Source: Epiperipatus broadwayi (taxonomy: Eukaryota; Animalia; Onychophora). Taken from it: 64,000 bases of DNA. The DNA lies in NCBI GenBank assembly GCA_028023455.1, contig JAQFVV010000009.1, positions 12,400,001-12,464,000 of the forward strand. Direction: 5' to 3'. Each line of letters begins with the position of its first letter. Position 1 is the stretch's first letter. The translations under genes and the position numbers were made by a program. Positions 1 to 14,016 of the stretch are shown here, one piece after another. The notes beneath the pieces were generated by a model that saw nothing but the letters and a program-made list of their open reading frames with translations, was not told where the DNA came from and made no database searches.

Positions 1-1299
1 GTTTACTATGATTGCGATAATTAAAACAATTTTAATTATTAAAATAAAAGGCTCATTATTATTAGTGACATATTTGAATAATCATATATTAAATAATCTA
101 TCCTGTTTGTGTACACACATATTCTTTTTAGTTTTAACAACTTTTATTAAAAATGATTTATATTAATGTAGTAGTCGTTAAATATTTTGACTATGCTGTT
201 CTATATGAATTTTAATGAGATGGAATATTATTTCTCTTCACTCTTCAAAAGTATTTTTTAATTTTCTTCTAATTGTTTTTATCACCTGAACTATATAATT
301 ATCTAAATTTTATAATTAGCAAAATTTTTAAAATATGTGTACAATTTTTTATTTGTGCATGAATTCTCTGCAACCAAATTGTTGTAGAATTTTCTTGCTA
401 CAGAAAAGTGTTATAATTTTTAGTTTGAAAATAGTATGTTAGTAAACCCAATTGTGGAAAAATTGCTTAGGCAAACTGTCTATAGCTTATTCAGCTCACT
501 TTTTATAAAGTGTTACTTTTGTATATTTAAATAGTAGTGTTCAATGTGATTAATTTACATTTTAATAGCAATTAATTGGCTTTTAGTTAATTTTGGTATT
601 CCCACTTGGCACAGTCTGTATTAATCAGCTTTCAGCTCATGTCTTATAAATATTATCTGATTGTTCCTAATTTTTCTATATATTCAGTCACTTTAATGAT
701 TTTATTGTTGCTTTGCTATTTGTTTTTTGGTTGTTTCATAAAATTTGTAACTTTTAAATATGTTCTCCACTATTTCCATTCTTTCTTTTTTTTTTTGCTT
801 AAATTATAAATGAAAGAATTATTTAAATTGGAAAACAGTTGTTAATAGACTTGTAGTATCATATTTCTGAATCAATAAATTAACTTAATATTGTATGTAA
901 ACTATTCTTAATTTTCTTATATAGTATCATTTCTTAACCATGGTAATTAATAGAGACAATTCATTAAAGCCCAGTAATTTTCTATTATGTATTAATTTAT
1001 CTCAATTTGTTGTTATGATTTGAAGTCTTAGTTATAAGTTAATTGTAGTTTGTAAAAAAACTTCTATTTTATTATGTTTAACTGATCTAAATAGTATATT
1101 TTTACTGAAATATCTGTAACTTTAGAAAATGTTTATTAAATTGAAATGCTAATACCATATTACTACTCTCTTTTTTCTAATTTAGCAATTTAATCACATA
1201 TTTAGTAAATGGATGTTAAAGGATTGCATGTTTTGTTAAGTCTTTTTTTTTTTTGCAATATGTTTTTACATATAAAATATATAAAATTATTTTTGGAAT

Positions 1300-3560
1300 T
1301 TTATATGAAGATAATGAGAACATAAGTATTAAATTTAATTTTTTAAAAAAATAATGATAATAAATAGTAGAAAAAGGAAAGATAAAGAATAAGCAAATAA
1401 TTGTTTAGGGAAACATTTGAATGATCAAGAAGATCGTTTGTGTGATTTGAAAATTAAAATGTTGAATGATAGCAAGAAAGAAAAAAGACTGCTGAAGAAA
1501 TTATTCTTATTCTTCAATGAAATTTTTAACCAAAAAATAAATAAATGCACTATGTAATGTATTAATTATTAAATGAGAAAATGAATGATTTGTAAAGGAA
1601 ATGATTTCAGGCTTTGTTTAAAGAAAGCCATTTTACTTCCTATCATGTCAAAATTGAATTATGTTAAATAGACAAATTATATAAATAAAAGCTAATTGGT
1701 TAAACTTGAGAGGATGATTATAGCATAGAAAGGAAAAATTAAAATTTTTTTTGGAAATATATAACAAATATAAATATAATAAACAGAATTTTTTTTTAAA
1801 TTAACAATAAAAAAAATATAATAGTAGGGAAAGAGTATAAGTAATTTTAAAAAATTACGTAATAAATAAAGAGAAAATTACACATGAGGAACAATGACAC
1901 AATAATTGGAAATCCTTACAGTAAAGGAAATTATGTTTACCGAGAGTAATTGAAGAAAGTATTCACAAAACTGTAAGCTGAAAAAGCAAGGTATATAGTT
2001 GGATGATAATTTTGAGATGATGATGATGAGTCTTCTATTGGAATTTTTTAATATAGGAATCAGAAGTATTCCAAACTATTTAAAAAATAAAAAAAATGAG
2101 ATTCAAAGATAAGAATAAAAGTCATAAATAATTGATTAATTATAGGCTAGTTGTGCTAACTTCAATAGTCTTTAAAATACTTTCTTATATAATGGTTGAA
2201 AAAAATAATTAAATTGAGTGGAAGAAAATAATAGGAGAGATGCAGAGGATGAGAGGAGTCTAATTATACACTTAATAGAATAAGTCAGAAATTTTGAAAG
2301 CATTTATTTATGTATGACTTCTATAAATTTAGAAAAAAGATGACAATGAGAATAGAATTAAATTGTGATCAACTTTGTTAAATATGGGAATTGGTGGAAG
2401 ATTAGTGAATATACTTTAAAAATTATGTTAAAGTAGCTATTGCATTTATTTTCTGGAAATATCAAGTCAGTGTTAAAAATAATGTGGATTGTAGCAGTAC
2501 TGTTCTTATTTCCTATATATATTTTTAATATATATCAAGACTTAGAAGGGATTAGAAATATCTTTAATAGATAAAATATTGAGTGTTTTATATGTTTTGT
2601 ATACAAAACAAAAAGAATATATGAAATTACTTTTAAGTTTAATTATAAATTTATTAAACGCACATTGATTACGTAAGTAATATTTACTGAAGCTATAACC
2701 TCGACAATATGCGTATAATGCAAATATGGCTAAAAAAAATAGAGATATAAATTTACAAAATGCAAGTCAAAAATAATAATATTAAATGATAATGGGAAGA
2801 AAAAGAATAAACAAATATAATTATTTAAGAAAAAATTTGAGATAAATTAAATAAAGTAGCAAGAATTTGGTGAAAGGAGATGTGTAATACAAATTTTAAC
2901 ATACTGAAATGAAGCACAGAATGTTTTTAAAGGGACATTAGATATTCTGAAGAAAATTCAAAGATAAATGGAAAAACATGCTTTAAATACAGATATGTGA
3001 GCAGCAAATAAAGCAATTCAACCAAAAATGAGATCAAAGTTTTGGTAGATTGTAATTTATAATAATAATAAAACAGTTTAAAGTAGTTTTTAAACTAGGA
3101 AAGATAATCAAAAGAATGGATAAGAAATATTATACCAGATGCTAAAGTATTAGCATTTTTGTGATAATTTATTTATATAAAAATTGAGATGAATGTTTTA
3201 TGGCAATTGTTAATACAGTAAAATATTCATTTTAATAAAACAGAAAGTTAAAAAAACTGGACAGGAGATATGAGAAATAAGAAGTGTTTGAATATATGTA
3301 GGAGCAAATGGTTATCAGAAGTGAAATATGATATCAGAAATAAGTCTTTAATATTAGAACAGAAATTCTCCTAACAAGAGAATATATTTCTAAATGGGAT
3401 AAGTGTAAATAATTTAAATAGTAAACTATGTAAAGAAAATGTTGAAAATATTAGTTCTTTATTACTGCAATGAAGTCACTTGCACTTAGAAAGGATAAAA
3501 ATAATAATTTTGTATAAGAATAAATATAAATTAAATGAATATATTCAAAAGGTTTTTTTT
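1300..3560 (+). mobile_element. Heavily decayed non-LTR retrotransposon (RT region)
   Basis: Purine-rich strand with degenerate RT motifs near 2200-2600 (Q.GFR-like, 'LY..FI.LEK'-like, LEGI.....L.Y.DD-like). Many stops. Confidence 0.4.
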
Positions 3561-4199
3561 TTTATATCTAAAGTTATTGAATGAACATTTTAATGCTGTC
3601 AGAATAAATAAAGTATATTTGAAATTTTGAAAACTTTAGAGAATGCAAAGTAACAAAGAGAGAGATATATTGGTTAACAAATTAATAGGGCACATTGACT
3701 CACCAGTTCTTGACTTTGATAAAGAAGTGTTTTATCACATACTAAGTGCTAAATTTTTTTTTTTTTTTTAAATTAAGATAGAAGAGTTGGAATAATGTTT
3801 TTATTTTTTTGTTTGATTCAATGTTTTTACCAAAATGTTGATTCTCCAAAGTCAGTAAACATGCTTTTCAGTAAATCTTTTAATACATTATCACAGTTTG
3901 TTTGTTTTTTTTAATTGCTTTATTTATATAATTTTTTTTACAAATATTAATGTATTTACACTTACTTTTTTCTTTAAAGTAAAAAATATCACAACATGTC
4001 TACACTAATCTTTAACATTCCTGTTAATAAAGTCAATCCAAGAGTCACTAATCGATTTTACTGAAGTTTAGTCACTGTGAAAAAAGTTTGAAATGTCTAA
4101 CAGTAATTTATAAATTGTTACAAATTTTAACAGAATCAAAATTAAATAATCCAACATATAGCTACAAGTGAAATACTATCATCCCAAATTTTAGACAAA

Positions 4200-6060
4200 C
4201 AATAAATACTTTGTATATGGATCTGATACTATATCAAACTTTAGACATTATGAAAAATTATATCTAAAATTGGCCAGAATAGAAAATCAACAAACTTTCC
4301 TGCTCAAATATAAATCTGAAAAGATTGTTTTTATAGACTTGCAAATGTTTCTTAGAAAATAAACTTACTGATGAAGTCTTCGTGGGAGTTTTTTAATTAG
4401 TAAGAAAATTATATTTTAAATTATAAGAAAAAAATAAAAGATTGTCAAAATTATAAATCTATATAAGCATATTGAATTTCATATTGCACCTAATAATTTT
4501 GTAGCAATATCAGTTTAAAAATGGATGTTTAACTTTTTTTAAACTTTTTCATCACATCATCTAGTGTCTCATTATTTGATATAACGGCATTAACTGAGAA
4601 AATCATTTATGTTTTAGAAGAAGCTACAGAATTATGCTGATAGGATAAAATGACATTAAAGAGATGCTAGCAATTCAAACCAAATATTATTTATATTAGG
4701 ATAGGAGTTATTGAATCTCTCAGACTAAACAGATTTTTAATTATTCTGTCTGCTAACAAAGGTAGTACAGTTGTAATAGATATTGTGAAACAAAATAAAA
4801 GAGCACCTTACAGTAGATCAATATGAAAAAGTAAAACCTTTATACCAATTACAATTATTATTCAGAAGGCATCAGATTCCATATCTTTATGGTCTATCTA
4901 TAATTCATGTTCCATTAAGATCCATGATAGTTTAGAAATTTAGACATGAATTTGTTAAATTTCTTCATAAGTTTCTTTATACTTTTGTTTATAAGTCACA
5001 TAATCAGCCCTTTGTCAGGGATTCTAAGTATTGTATGAAGATAATCAAGAATATGAAAATGATAACTTCAAAATTAGAACACCCTTTCTATTGATAATAT
5101 AATGGAACTTTTAAACTTTTTATATAATGATATATAACACAGAAATTCTTCAACAAAATTATAAAATGATTTATAGAATCATAATTGTCTCTCCTGATTA
5201 GTATCATTTACAGAGAAGAGCTTGAAACCACGGCCATAAATATTATTTCATTCCCAATAAAAGTCTGTTTTTCTTAGTCAATGATACTTTATTGTACTTC
5301 TTCATGGTAAAGCATTCTTATTGTTAATAGAAACCCTCACACAGTAAAATACTTAGCATATATCTTCAATTCTGACAAACATAAAAGAATTTTAAACTAC
5401 TAAACATCACATGATCACTATTTCTTATGCTAGCACATAACTGTTACTACTGTATGGAGAGTTTTGCCTGTTTAATAAAAGAATTTTGTTCAGAAGCAAT
5501 GATTTTGAAAAACAGTAACCCACCATGGAAAAAATTCTCATGAATAATGATTATCTATTAGCTATCATTAACAACAACAAAAAAAAAGATAAATGCAGTA
5601 GTGTGCTCTTACATAGTAGGAATAGCAAACAAACTAAATAAAATTTGCATTCACTATCTCAAAACAACTTTACAAGACCATAACGTGCTGTGAGGAAACC
5701 TTATATCTACAAATACCAAAACTTAAAATATCCTGTGAATATTGGAAGGACATATATTGGTGAAATTAATCACCCCATTGAATAATGATTAAAAACACAA
5801 AATAGTGGTTGGAGATATAAAATAGCAGATTATGTAATTATCAATGAACATACTTTTTGATTGGAAACCAAAAAATAAAAAGAAAATTTTAAGAACCTAC
5901 TCACTTCATAATAGCAAATAACTCTTTCATGGGATAAAAATCTCATGTCCAGTGTATTGAATTGAAATATTGTGCTGACTAGATCGCATGAAAATTATCT
6001 GACTTCCTGAGCAAGTGATTGTATGATTCTTAATCTTTTGTTTTAACAAGGCCCTCTGAT
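4200..6060 (+). mobile_element. Decayed Penelope-like element (RT + GIY-YIG)
   Basis: Ordered degenerate motifs: YEKLYLKLARIENQQTFL (~4250), ILSANKGSTVV (ADKG-like, ~4750), SPLSGIL (~5010), NRNPHTVKYL (YRKPTH-like, ~5330), YIVGIANKL (~5610), TYIGE (~5750), NEHT.DW (~5850). Confidence 0.6.
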
Positions 6061-6399
6061 GTGTAATAAAAATCATTATTATTTAAATAAAGATTAGTTT
6101 TATTTTGATTAAAAGGACATTTGTTTAAGCCTGTGTGTTAAAACAAAGATTTTTATGAATAAAAAAGATTTGAATACAGTACAGCTGTTAAAAAATGAGA
6201 AATATGGTAGTTAATTTGATGTATTAGTTTAGTTAATTATATTATATAAAGCAGTTTTGCTATTCATATTTCCATATGCAATCATATCTTTTTAGAATCT
6301 TTATGACCTTTTTGGTTGTCCTCTAATAGTATGTATTTATAAGAATTTTCTGTGCAAATTTTGCTAGTGTTAAAATCTTATCTAGAGGACACACATTAC

Positions 6400-7600
6400 C
6401 AGAGAACAATCAGAGATGCTATTAAGTTTCTAAAACACTTAATTGCACTAATAAATATAATAAAATAACAAAATTTCCATCTATATGGAAAAATTTATAA
6501 AACATTTATTAGAAACAAACCATATCAAATTAATTATATGATTCACGTTAAATTTCAATTTGGTTACATAATAAATCACAATATGACAGATAATTTGCAT
6601 GTTTTTCATTATCAATATTTCTAACAATAACATCTTTTATCAATAGTACCCAGATAGTGGCAGATAAGACTTCTAAATTGTAGTATTATGAATTAGCATT
6701 TAAGAACTTTCTATCAATTATTATGAAAATGAGATATTAAGCGCTACATATAATAGCCAAATTTTGAATTGTAAACTGTGACAATATAAGGTTTATATAT
6801 TTTTTATGCAAACCCCCTTCATCAATTTTGATAAACCTACTACAAATATTATCCAATTAATTTTAAGCAAACCCATTCAACAGCTTTGCTAAACATTCAA
6901 ATCGTATGATTGATTTTGACTAACCCCTTCATCAACTTTTTTAAATCTTCAAACATTACTAATTGTATATCAGAATAGGTTTAAATCTTATTTATATTAT
7001 GCAAATTGATTTCACTTTCTATTTATCCGTAATATAAATTTATGGACTTGTGTGTGTTTCATCTTTTATACTTTCAAATAAAGCATTTAAAATTTGCTTA
7101 ATATAAATAAGATTTGATCCATTTCTAACTTGTGGTGTTTGAAGGTTTGGTATAGTCAATGAAGTGATGAAGAAATTTCCCCTGTAACCAATCTTGTGAA
7201 CTTTGTATTGTTATAGTTTATTATTCCTAATTTGTCTATTATATATAGCATTTTTTATTTTCACCATAATCTGCTAGAAAATATGTAAATGCTTTAATTT
7301 ATAATATATTATCGAAAAATAGCAATAAATACAACATTATGGGGGTTTTTTGCACTTCGATAAATAAATAATATTACAAAAAACTACTAAATAACAAATA
7401 TTGTGTTACAGTCAATTCTTGATCCATCAGATATGCATATATTGTTTTTTGGTATCCATCATCTCTTTTTTTTTTTTAGAGTCCCAAATTCTGAGTCTTA
7501 GAAATATATGTTATAGAAATAGACAACCATTGTGTTTAGCCTGCCATTTTTTGATATCTATTGTTGATAAATCACAGCCCTAGTGCAATATATGTGGATA
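6400..7600 (-). mobile_element. Decayed Penelope-like RT fragment
   Basis: The minus strand shows an 'IKK.A-K.NTMVV' (ADKGN.VV-like) segment near 7530 and a 'T.HKLE.W'-like segment near 7120. Very degenerate. Confidence 0.35.
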
Positions 7601-8231
7601 TTTTTTTTTAATTTGATTTGGAATTTTATTATACTAAAAAATATAGTAGTAACAATCATGTCATCTTTCTCATTTAATTCTTATTGTTCAGAGTTTACTG
7701 TAATGGTTGTTTTTTTTTTACTTTTTTTTTAAACTTTAGAAAGGACTTTGTTAAAAAATTTAAAAGATTTTTGTTTTTATTGTAACTTACTATTTTCTCA
7801 GATTAGCATAGGCAAATAAAGGTTTTTTAATAGTAAATTAATGATTTTTATTTTAAAAAATCTAATGCCTATACATAATTAGTATTATTTCCAATTTTTA
7901 AACATTTGTATTTTTATTAAAATTATATATATACTATGTTTATGATTAGTTTTTTTTTATTTATATACTTTGTAGTCTTGGTGTGTTTGTGTACTATATC
8001 CATTGTAATTCTATCCAAGTTTTTATTATATCTTACACTTAGCCATTTTACAATACATTGCATATTATTTATACAAAAATCTCTATATCCTATAATATTT
8101 TCTAATTAACTTATAGAATTAATACAAAATAAAATCACTAAAATCAATTAGTAATCTTAGTAGATTATTTTCTTAGTGAAAGAGTGATGTAATGATCTAT
8201 ATTTATTTAAACATATTATTATTGATTTTTC

Positions 8232-10080
8232 GGTAATAGTATGAATACTGAACCCTGTCGTCTGATGGCGCTCTTTTTCACCCAATTCACATCAATATAC
8301 CGATTCACGGGCCGTCTGTTTGTTTACATAATATTACGGTAAAAGATTTTTTTTTTCTCCAACCGGTTTTTTTTTTTTTCATCAGCGACGGTAAACCACC
8401 AAAGTTTTTTTTTTTATTCCACCTGGGTTTTTTTTTTTGTTTGTTTTTAATAAACAAATGTTTTTAGATGGTCTAGGGTGTTGGTTTGTTTGTAAATTAA
8501 CGATTAACTGCCCATAGGTTTCTTTACATAATATTACTTACAGTAAACCAAATTTTTTTTTCACACGGTTTTTTTTTTTTTTTTGGTTCGTTTTTTTAAG
8601 AAACGAACACTTTGTTTTTAGATGGTGTAGGGGTGTTGGTTTGCTTTTAAATTTTCGATTAACTCTCCATCGGTTTGTTTACACAAAAATACGGTTACAA
8701 ACACTTTGTTGTTTTTAGATGGTGGAGGGGGATTGGTTATTTGCTTTTAACTTATCTTCTTTTTTTGTTGTTGTTGATGTTTTGATTTGCTGAAAGACTT
8801 CAACAATTCGGTACTTTTGAATAAATCAACACTTGGTTTTTTAGAGGGGAGAGGGGTTGTTTTGATTTTGAATTGTGGTTTTTTTTCTGTTAATTTATTA
8901 TGAGGCTTTTTTTTTTTTTTCAAATCTTTACGCTGCAGAAAGCTTTATATGATAGCGAAAAGTTCTTCCTTAATTTTTTGGGCCTTTTAATTTTAAAAAA
9001 AGACATAAACAATTTGTTTTTAAAGAACACTTTTTTTTTAAGCCGGGGGAGGTGGGATGGCGGGGAAGGTTTGTTTTGATTTTTAATTATCGACTTTTTT
9101 TTTTATTTTCTTTTTGAACATTTTATTATGTTACCGCACAGTTTTTTATTATTATTATTTTTTTTTTTTGGTGGGGCCTTTTGAATATACTCTTAAACAC
9201 TTCTTTTTTTTTTTTTTGGTATAATAAAATTTTATCTACTTTAACTGTTAATGAAACTTATTAAATATTATCTACCTACTTTATAATCATGTGAACAACA
9301 AAAACAACAACAAGTTTCCCATAAAATAATTTATTGAATCAAAAAGAAACGAAACTTTGGACAAGTTGTGAACCAACACAAGTAAAAAAAAAAAAAACAC
9401 CACCATTTTGGGGGGCATAAAAAACAGCAGCCAAAAGTAACATGCAAATAAAATAACAGGGAAGTCTCAAAGCTGTAAGTAACGGGATTTTTGAGCATTC
9501 GAACCAACTTCCCTTATGCAGACCTACATAGGTATGCTTGCAGGAGTTTCTCTTTCTGGGAAAACATAATATTGTGTGGCCGTCTGGCAATTCACTCAGC
9601 TTCGACCAATTTGACAACTTGCAGACGACATTTTACAGTTCTTGCACGGATTTGTGCATAAACGGGCAATTGCACGCAAAATCGGAAAAAAACTCTGCTG
9701 AAAAAAAGAACCTTTTCAAGTTGTGTGCAGTTCAAAAGCATAGGGAAGCATGTGTGACAACATGACAATTCTTAATATGGAATACTAATTCCACTACGCT
9801 TTGAATTTTTGCAGAGTTTCATCTCTCAAATACGGCCACCATCAAATCAGACTGTAGTGAGAGTTCAAGAGCGCTCTCTTGACGAATACTATCGCAATGC
9901 AATGGGCGTAGTATTTTGTTACATAATCATAGAATATATCACCCTCAGGTGGCCTGTTACGGCTCAAAAAACTCCTTGTACTGTTAGCTGTAAGTTAAGG
10001 CTGCTAAAACAGTATATTGATCTGTGTTTTGTGAAAAACAGCGCCATCAGACGGTAGGGTTCAGTATTCATACTATTGCC
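8232..10080 (-). mobile_element. Merlin (IS1595/ISXO2-like) DNA transposon, non-autonomous derivative, 1849 bp
   Basis: About 50-bp TIRs: GGTAATAGTATGAATACTGAACCCTGTCGTCTGATGGCGCT.. at 8232 and GGCAATAGTATGAATACTGAACCCTACCGTCTGATGGCGCT.. as the reverse complement ending at 10080. Terminal GG and an exact 8-bp TSD GATTTTTC (8224-8231 / 10081-10088). The minus strand encodes PCKNCK and DGHTILCFPRKRNSCKHTYVGLHKGSWFECSKIPLLTALRL, which fits the Merlin N-terminal zinc-ribbon (DG..W.C....C....SIR.GSWFE.SKL). Confidence 0.85.
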
Positions 10081-11689
10081 GATTTTTCTTTTGTTTATGT
10101 TTGCACTTCAAAATTTGCAAAAACGTTTTAATGTTGCATAATGAAAAGATTTTTCTTCTTTCTTTTCTGGTATCGAAACATCTATGATTCTGGTAAATGT
10201 CACCAAAAGTGCGCTCAGCTGATTTGATACCATAATGAAAAAAGAAAAACATTTCCATTATGCAGATGTTAAAACGTTTTTGCATATGTTGAATTAAACT
10301 TATTGTTTTATATTTCTTCATTTTATTTATCTTATATATCCTTATTTTATTTAAATTAATAGAATCTTTGGATAATATATTACATTCTTTTAATATTTCA
10401 TTTTTCACCTTATCCATACAAACATTACAACACATAACTATTATCTTCATTGTATATTTTCGTTTTCTCAAAACTGCAAATTTGTTTAATTTCTTTAATT
10501 AATCTATATTTATTATTCATAATAAATTTTTTTATTATATACATATTCATTTAATAAGCAATCTGTTATTATTGAAATATTAACTAATTATATATCTATA
10601 ATAAGCTTTTTCTTTAATATCAATGAAAGATATTTGTAAATATTAACAGAGCAGTAGTATTATGATATCTAGATTTTCTTTCGCAAATTGCAATAAATTA
10701 TACAGTGAATGAAAATATATTATGTATGTGTAGTCACATAGATAAGCTTAAAGTAATGTTATTTTTAAATAAGTCTTATTATTATTTATTATATTAATAT
10801 AAATATTTAGAAAAAATATTTAATAAATTTAGTTCCTTAGAAAATTTATATATAATTAAATTTATGAAATTATCCTTTATTTCTGTATTGAAAGACATTT
10901 ATATGAACATTAATATTAATGACAAATAACAATGTAACTATATATACAAAACATCATTACTTTTAGTTTTTCTATGTAGTTACAGGTGAATAATATTATA
11001 TTTTCATTTGCTGCATATTTTATATAATAATGTATATAGAGGGGGAAAAGTTATAATTCAGAAAATAAAATCTAGAGGTCACTACTTAATGCTCTGTTAA
11101 TGTTCATAATATATATCTATTATTATCTTGAGGAGAGTAACAAAACATTGCTGAATGGAACTTTTTTTATTAATACTACATTTATTGTTAAACTTTTTTG
11201 GTGTTATTTATCTATATATTCACATATAAATTAAATAGTTTTCATAAAAAGTTAAAACTATTGATTTAAGATTTTTATATATGGATATTTATAATCATTG
11301 GTCTTATTAATAATAATGTGGTTATTAAAATTATAATATAGATGTAAACATTGAGATGCTAGAATATATTTTGTTAAAGGGGATAAAAGAGCATTTGCAG
11401 TAATCAAATGTTATCATTCATCATATATTGTCTAATCTCCATAAAGTGCATACATTTATTATTACTAATACTATTTATATATATATAAACAAAAATATTC
11501 AAAATAGATAGAATTAACTTTTAAATTAATATAACTTAAAAAAAATTGTAAAATCATAAAGTTTTCATTCTCAATAAAAGCTGCTTTCATAAATATGATT
11601 TAAAAGTGAAAGTTTATATACTTTTTTATTTAAAGATTAAATAAGTCATAGTAAATCTACAAATATTTGGTGAGAAAGCTTTAATTAAC

Positions 11690-11965
11690 TATATTTGTTT
11701 AGAAAGAGTGAATCTAATAATCATATTGTAGGCCATTATACTGGGATTTGAAAAAGTTATGGAAATATAGATACAAAGGCCATGGAGTGGACAAAGATGA
11801 TGATGCGGAAATGGGATAGAGCAGGATAGAGAAGAATATGGGAAAAATTTAGGGTGGGGAATAGAAAGAGAAGGATGGTGTCTAACAGGTTTTTGTTGGG
11901 CATATAAGCTGAGAGATTCCTGACTTTGATAAAGGAGTAGCCATATCACATTATATCACAGCTGA
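11690..11965 (+). mobile_element. 5'-truncated 3' end of the RTEX-like LINE family
   Basis: Aligns with 40270-40520 (gccat(g/a)gagtggacaaa...agcaggatagagaagaatatggg...ctgagagattcc) and with the reverse complement of 51620-51800. Confidence 0.75.
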
Positions 11966-13602
11966 ATTTATTTTAAGCTATAATTATATTTGATGCCTAG
12001 TTTAGACAAAAGACATTTTGCAAATTTTGGATAGATAGCAGTCATAAAGAAATCTATCATTTCAGTAAATTTTGGTGTATAATTTTGAATTATGATATTG
12101 TTTATAAATTTCAATAAAACTACAGTCAAGTGTCTGCTAGATTTTTTATACATTTGCACAGATGATGAGTATTGAAAATCAATACATTGGGGGTTTTTTT
12201 GTGATATTATAGCAGGGAGGAAAAAATAAAACCAAAGGAAAAGATTAATTTCTTTTTTGCCCAAAATAAAGTAAAAATAATTTTCTGTGTGCCATTTGAA
12301 ACAATACTACATTGGAAAGGTGGCATTTAAAGTAATAAACAGAATTTTTACCAATAAAGGAATCTAAAGAAAAACATATAATGGGGGTTAAGTGTAAATT
12401 TTTTTTTATGCAAACAAATGAAGTTTAAATAATCATTAGTGTGTCAAACTCAAAGCTAATGCACATACTGATCAATTTTATCTTTGAAATACATATAATA
12501 CATATGAATATATGTTAATTAATTAATATTCAATTTAGATGAACTATTCACTTACAATAAAGAAAATAAATTTAACTTGAACTCCTCTTTTTTTTTTTTA
12601 AATGAGGATATCCCACACAATTTTAAGCAAGTAAAAAAAATATTTTCAATAAAAACAACCAAAATTAATAATTATTCAATACATTCAATTATTTTTTTTA
12701 TGATGTAACATTTATAAATATATTAGATGTTTACCCTACAATACCTAATTTGTGGGGGTTTTTTTACCTTTTCCATGCTTTTTATAGTTGTCTAGTTAAA
12801 TGTCTCTTCTGGTAGATATTACAAGTAGTAGTTTGTTCAACCTTTTGGCTCCAGGTTTTTTCCTTGTTATAACTTTTTTGATAATTCTTTTATCCATTTA
12901 GCATTTTTTAGTTTTTCATTATTTTCATTTCATTATTCTTCAATTTAGCTTTTTCTTTTCTTTATTTAGCTCAGATTTCTAGTTCAACAATTATTTTCAT
13001 TTCAAGTTAGCATAAGCCATGAGTTGAAAGTTTGGATCAGTATATAAGACTAGTTCAAAATTTCTCTCAGAAGTATTTTTTTTTTTTTTTTTTGCATTTC
13101 TTTTAATGTGATTGATTGCATGGTATAGTCTGTAATGTTGAACTTTTAGCAAGAGCTTAGCACATAGTTCTTATAAACTCCATACTTTTTTGCATATTTG
13201 CAAACATGATTTATTTTTTTAACAGGAGTAAAATTAAATTAGCACCAGGCTTTTAAGTTGATTTGCTGGTTGCTGAATTCTACTATTCACACATTTCTTT
13301 GTTCTTAAAAAAAACAATCCTGATATCAATTTTTCATATAGTCAAATGATTATCTCAGAAATTGCTGCATTAAGCCATAACCAAATGATTCTTTTTACAA
13401 GAAAGATTATATTTTTTTGTTTAAAAAAATTATTTATTTTATATACCAATTGAAAAATAACTTAATTTCTTCAGAGATAAAGATTTAATCTCTTTTTATT
13501 TTTTGACAAATAAAATATTCTATTTATACTCTAATTGAAACATACTTTTCATTTATTTAGAGATAAATATCTTAATCTCTTTTTGTTATATATATATAAA
13601 AC

Positions 13603-14016
13603 AGCTGTACAAGAAAAAAAAGATACTATGTATTAGTTCTCCAGTTAAATTTTAGTCTTCTTTACTTATGATTATTTATGATTGCTAAATATTCAATAGT
13701 ATGTTTTACTCAATTAATTAAGTAAATTTAACTTTCAAAGATTTAACAAAGTTGGAAATAAGTCCACTTTCTATATTAATATCAATTTATTTATGTGGCA
13801 AAAGATGGCTATCTTTAAAGCATAACTAGGTCAGTGATAGTTGGAAGTTAACAGATATTTACCAGCTTATCTTTGAAAGTTAAATCTACTTAATTAATTA
13901 AATACTATCAAATATTTAGCAATCATAGATAATCATAATGATTTTAATGAAGACTAAAATTTTACCCCCAAACATACATAAGTACTAAAAAATATATTAT
14001 CTTTTTCTGTACAGCT
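13603..14016. mobile_element. Fold-back (palindromic) MITE, about 414 bp
   Basis: Arms are reverse-complementary over ~140 bp: agctgtac..aaattttagtcttc..atgattgctaaatatt..aattaattaagta.atttaactttcaaagat against its inverse at 13870-14016. Confidence 0.75.

Noticed and set aside
12030-12115. SSHKEIYHFS.. as a third p38 last exon
   Set aside because: The spacing fits, but the acceptor is weak and the conserved LV and P residues are absent. Likely chance.
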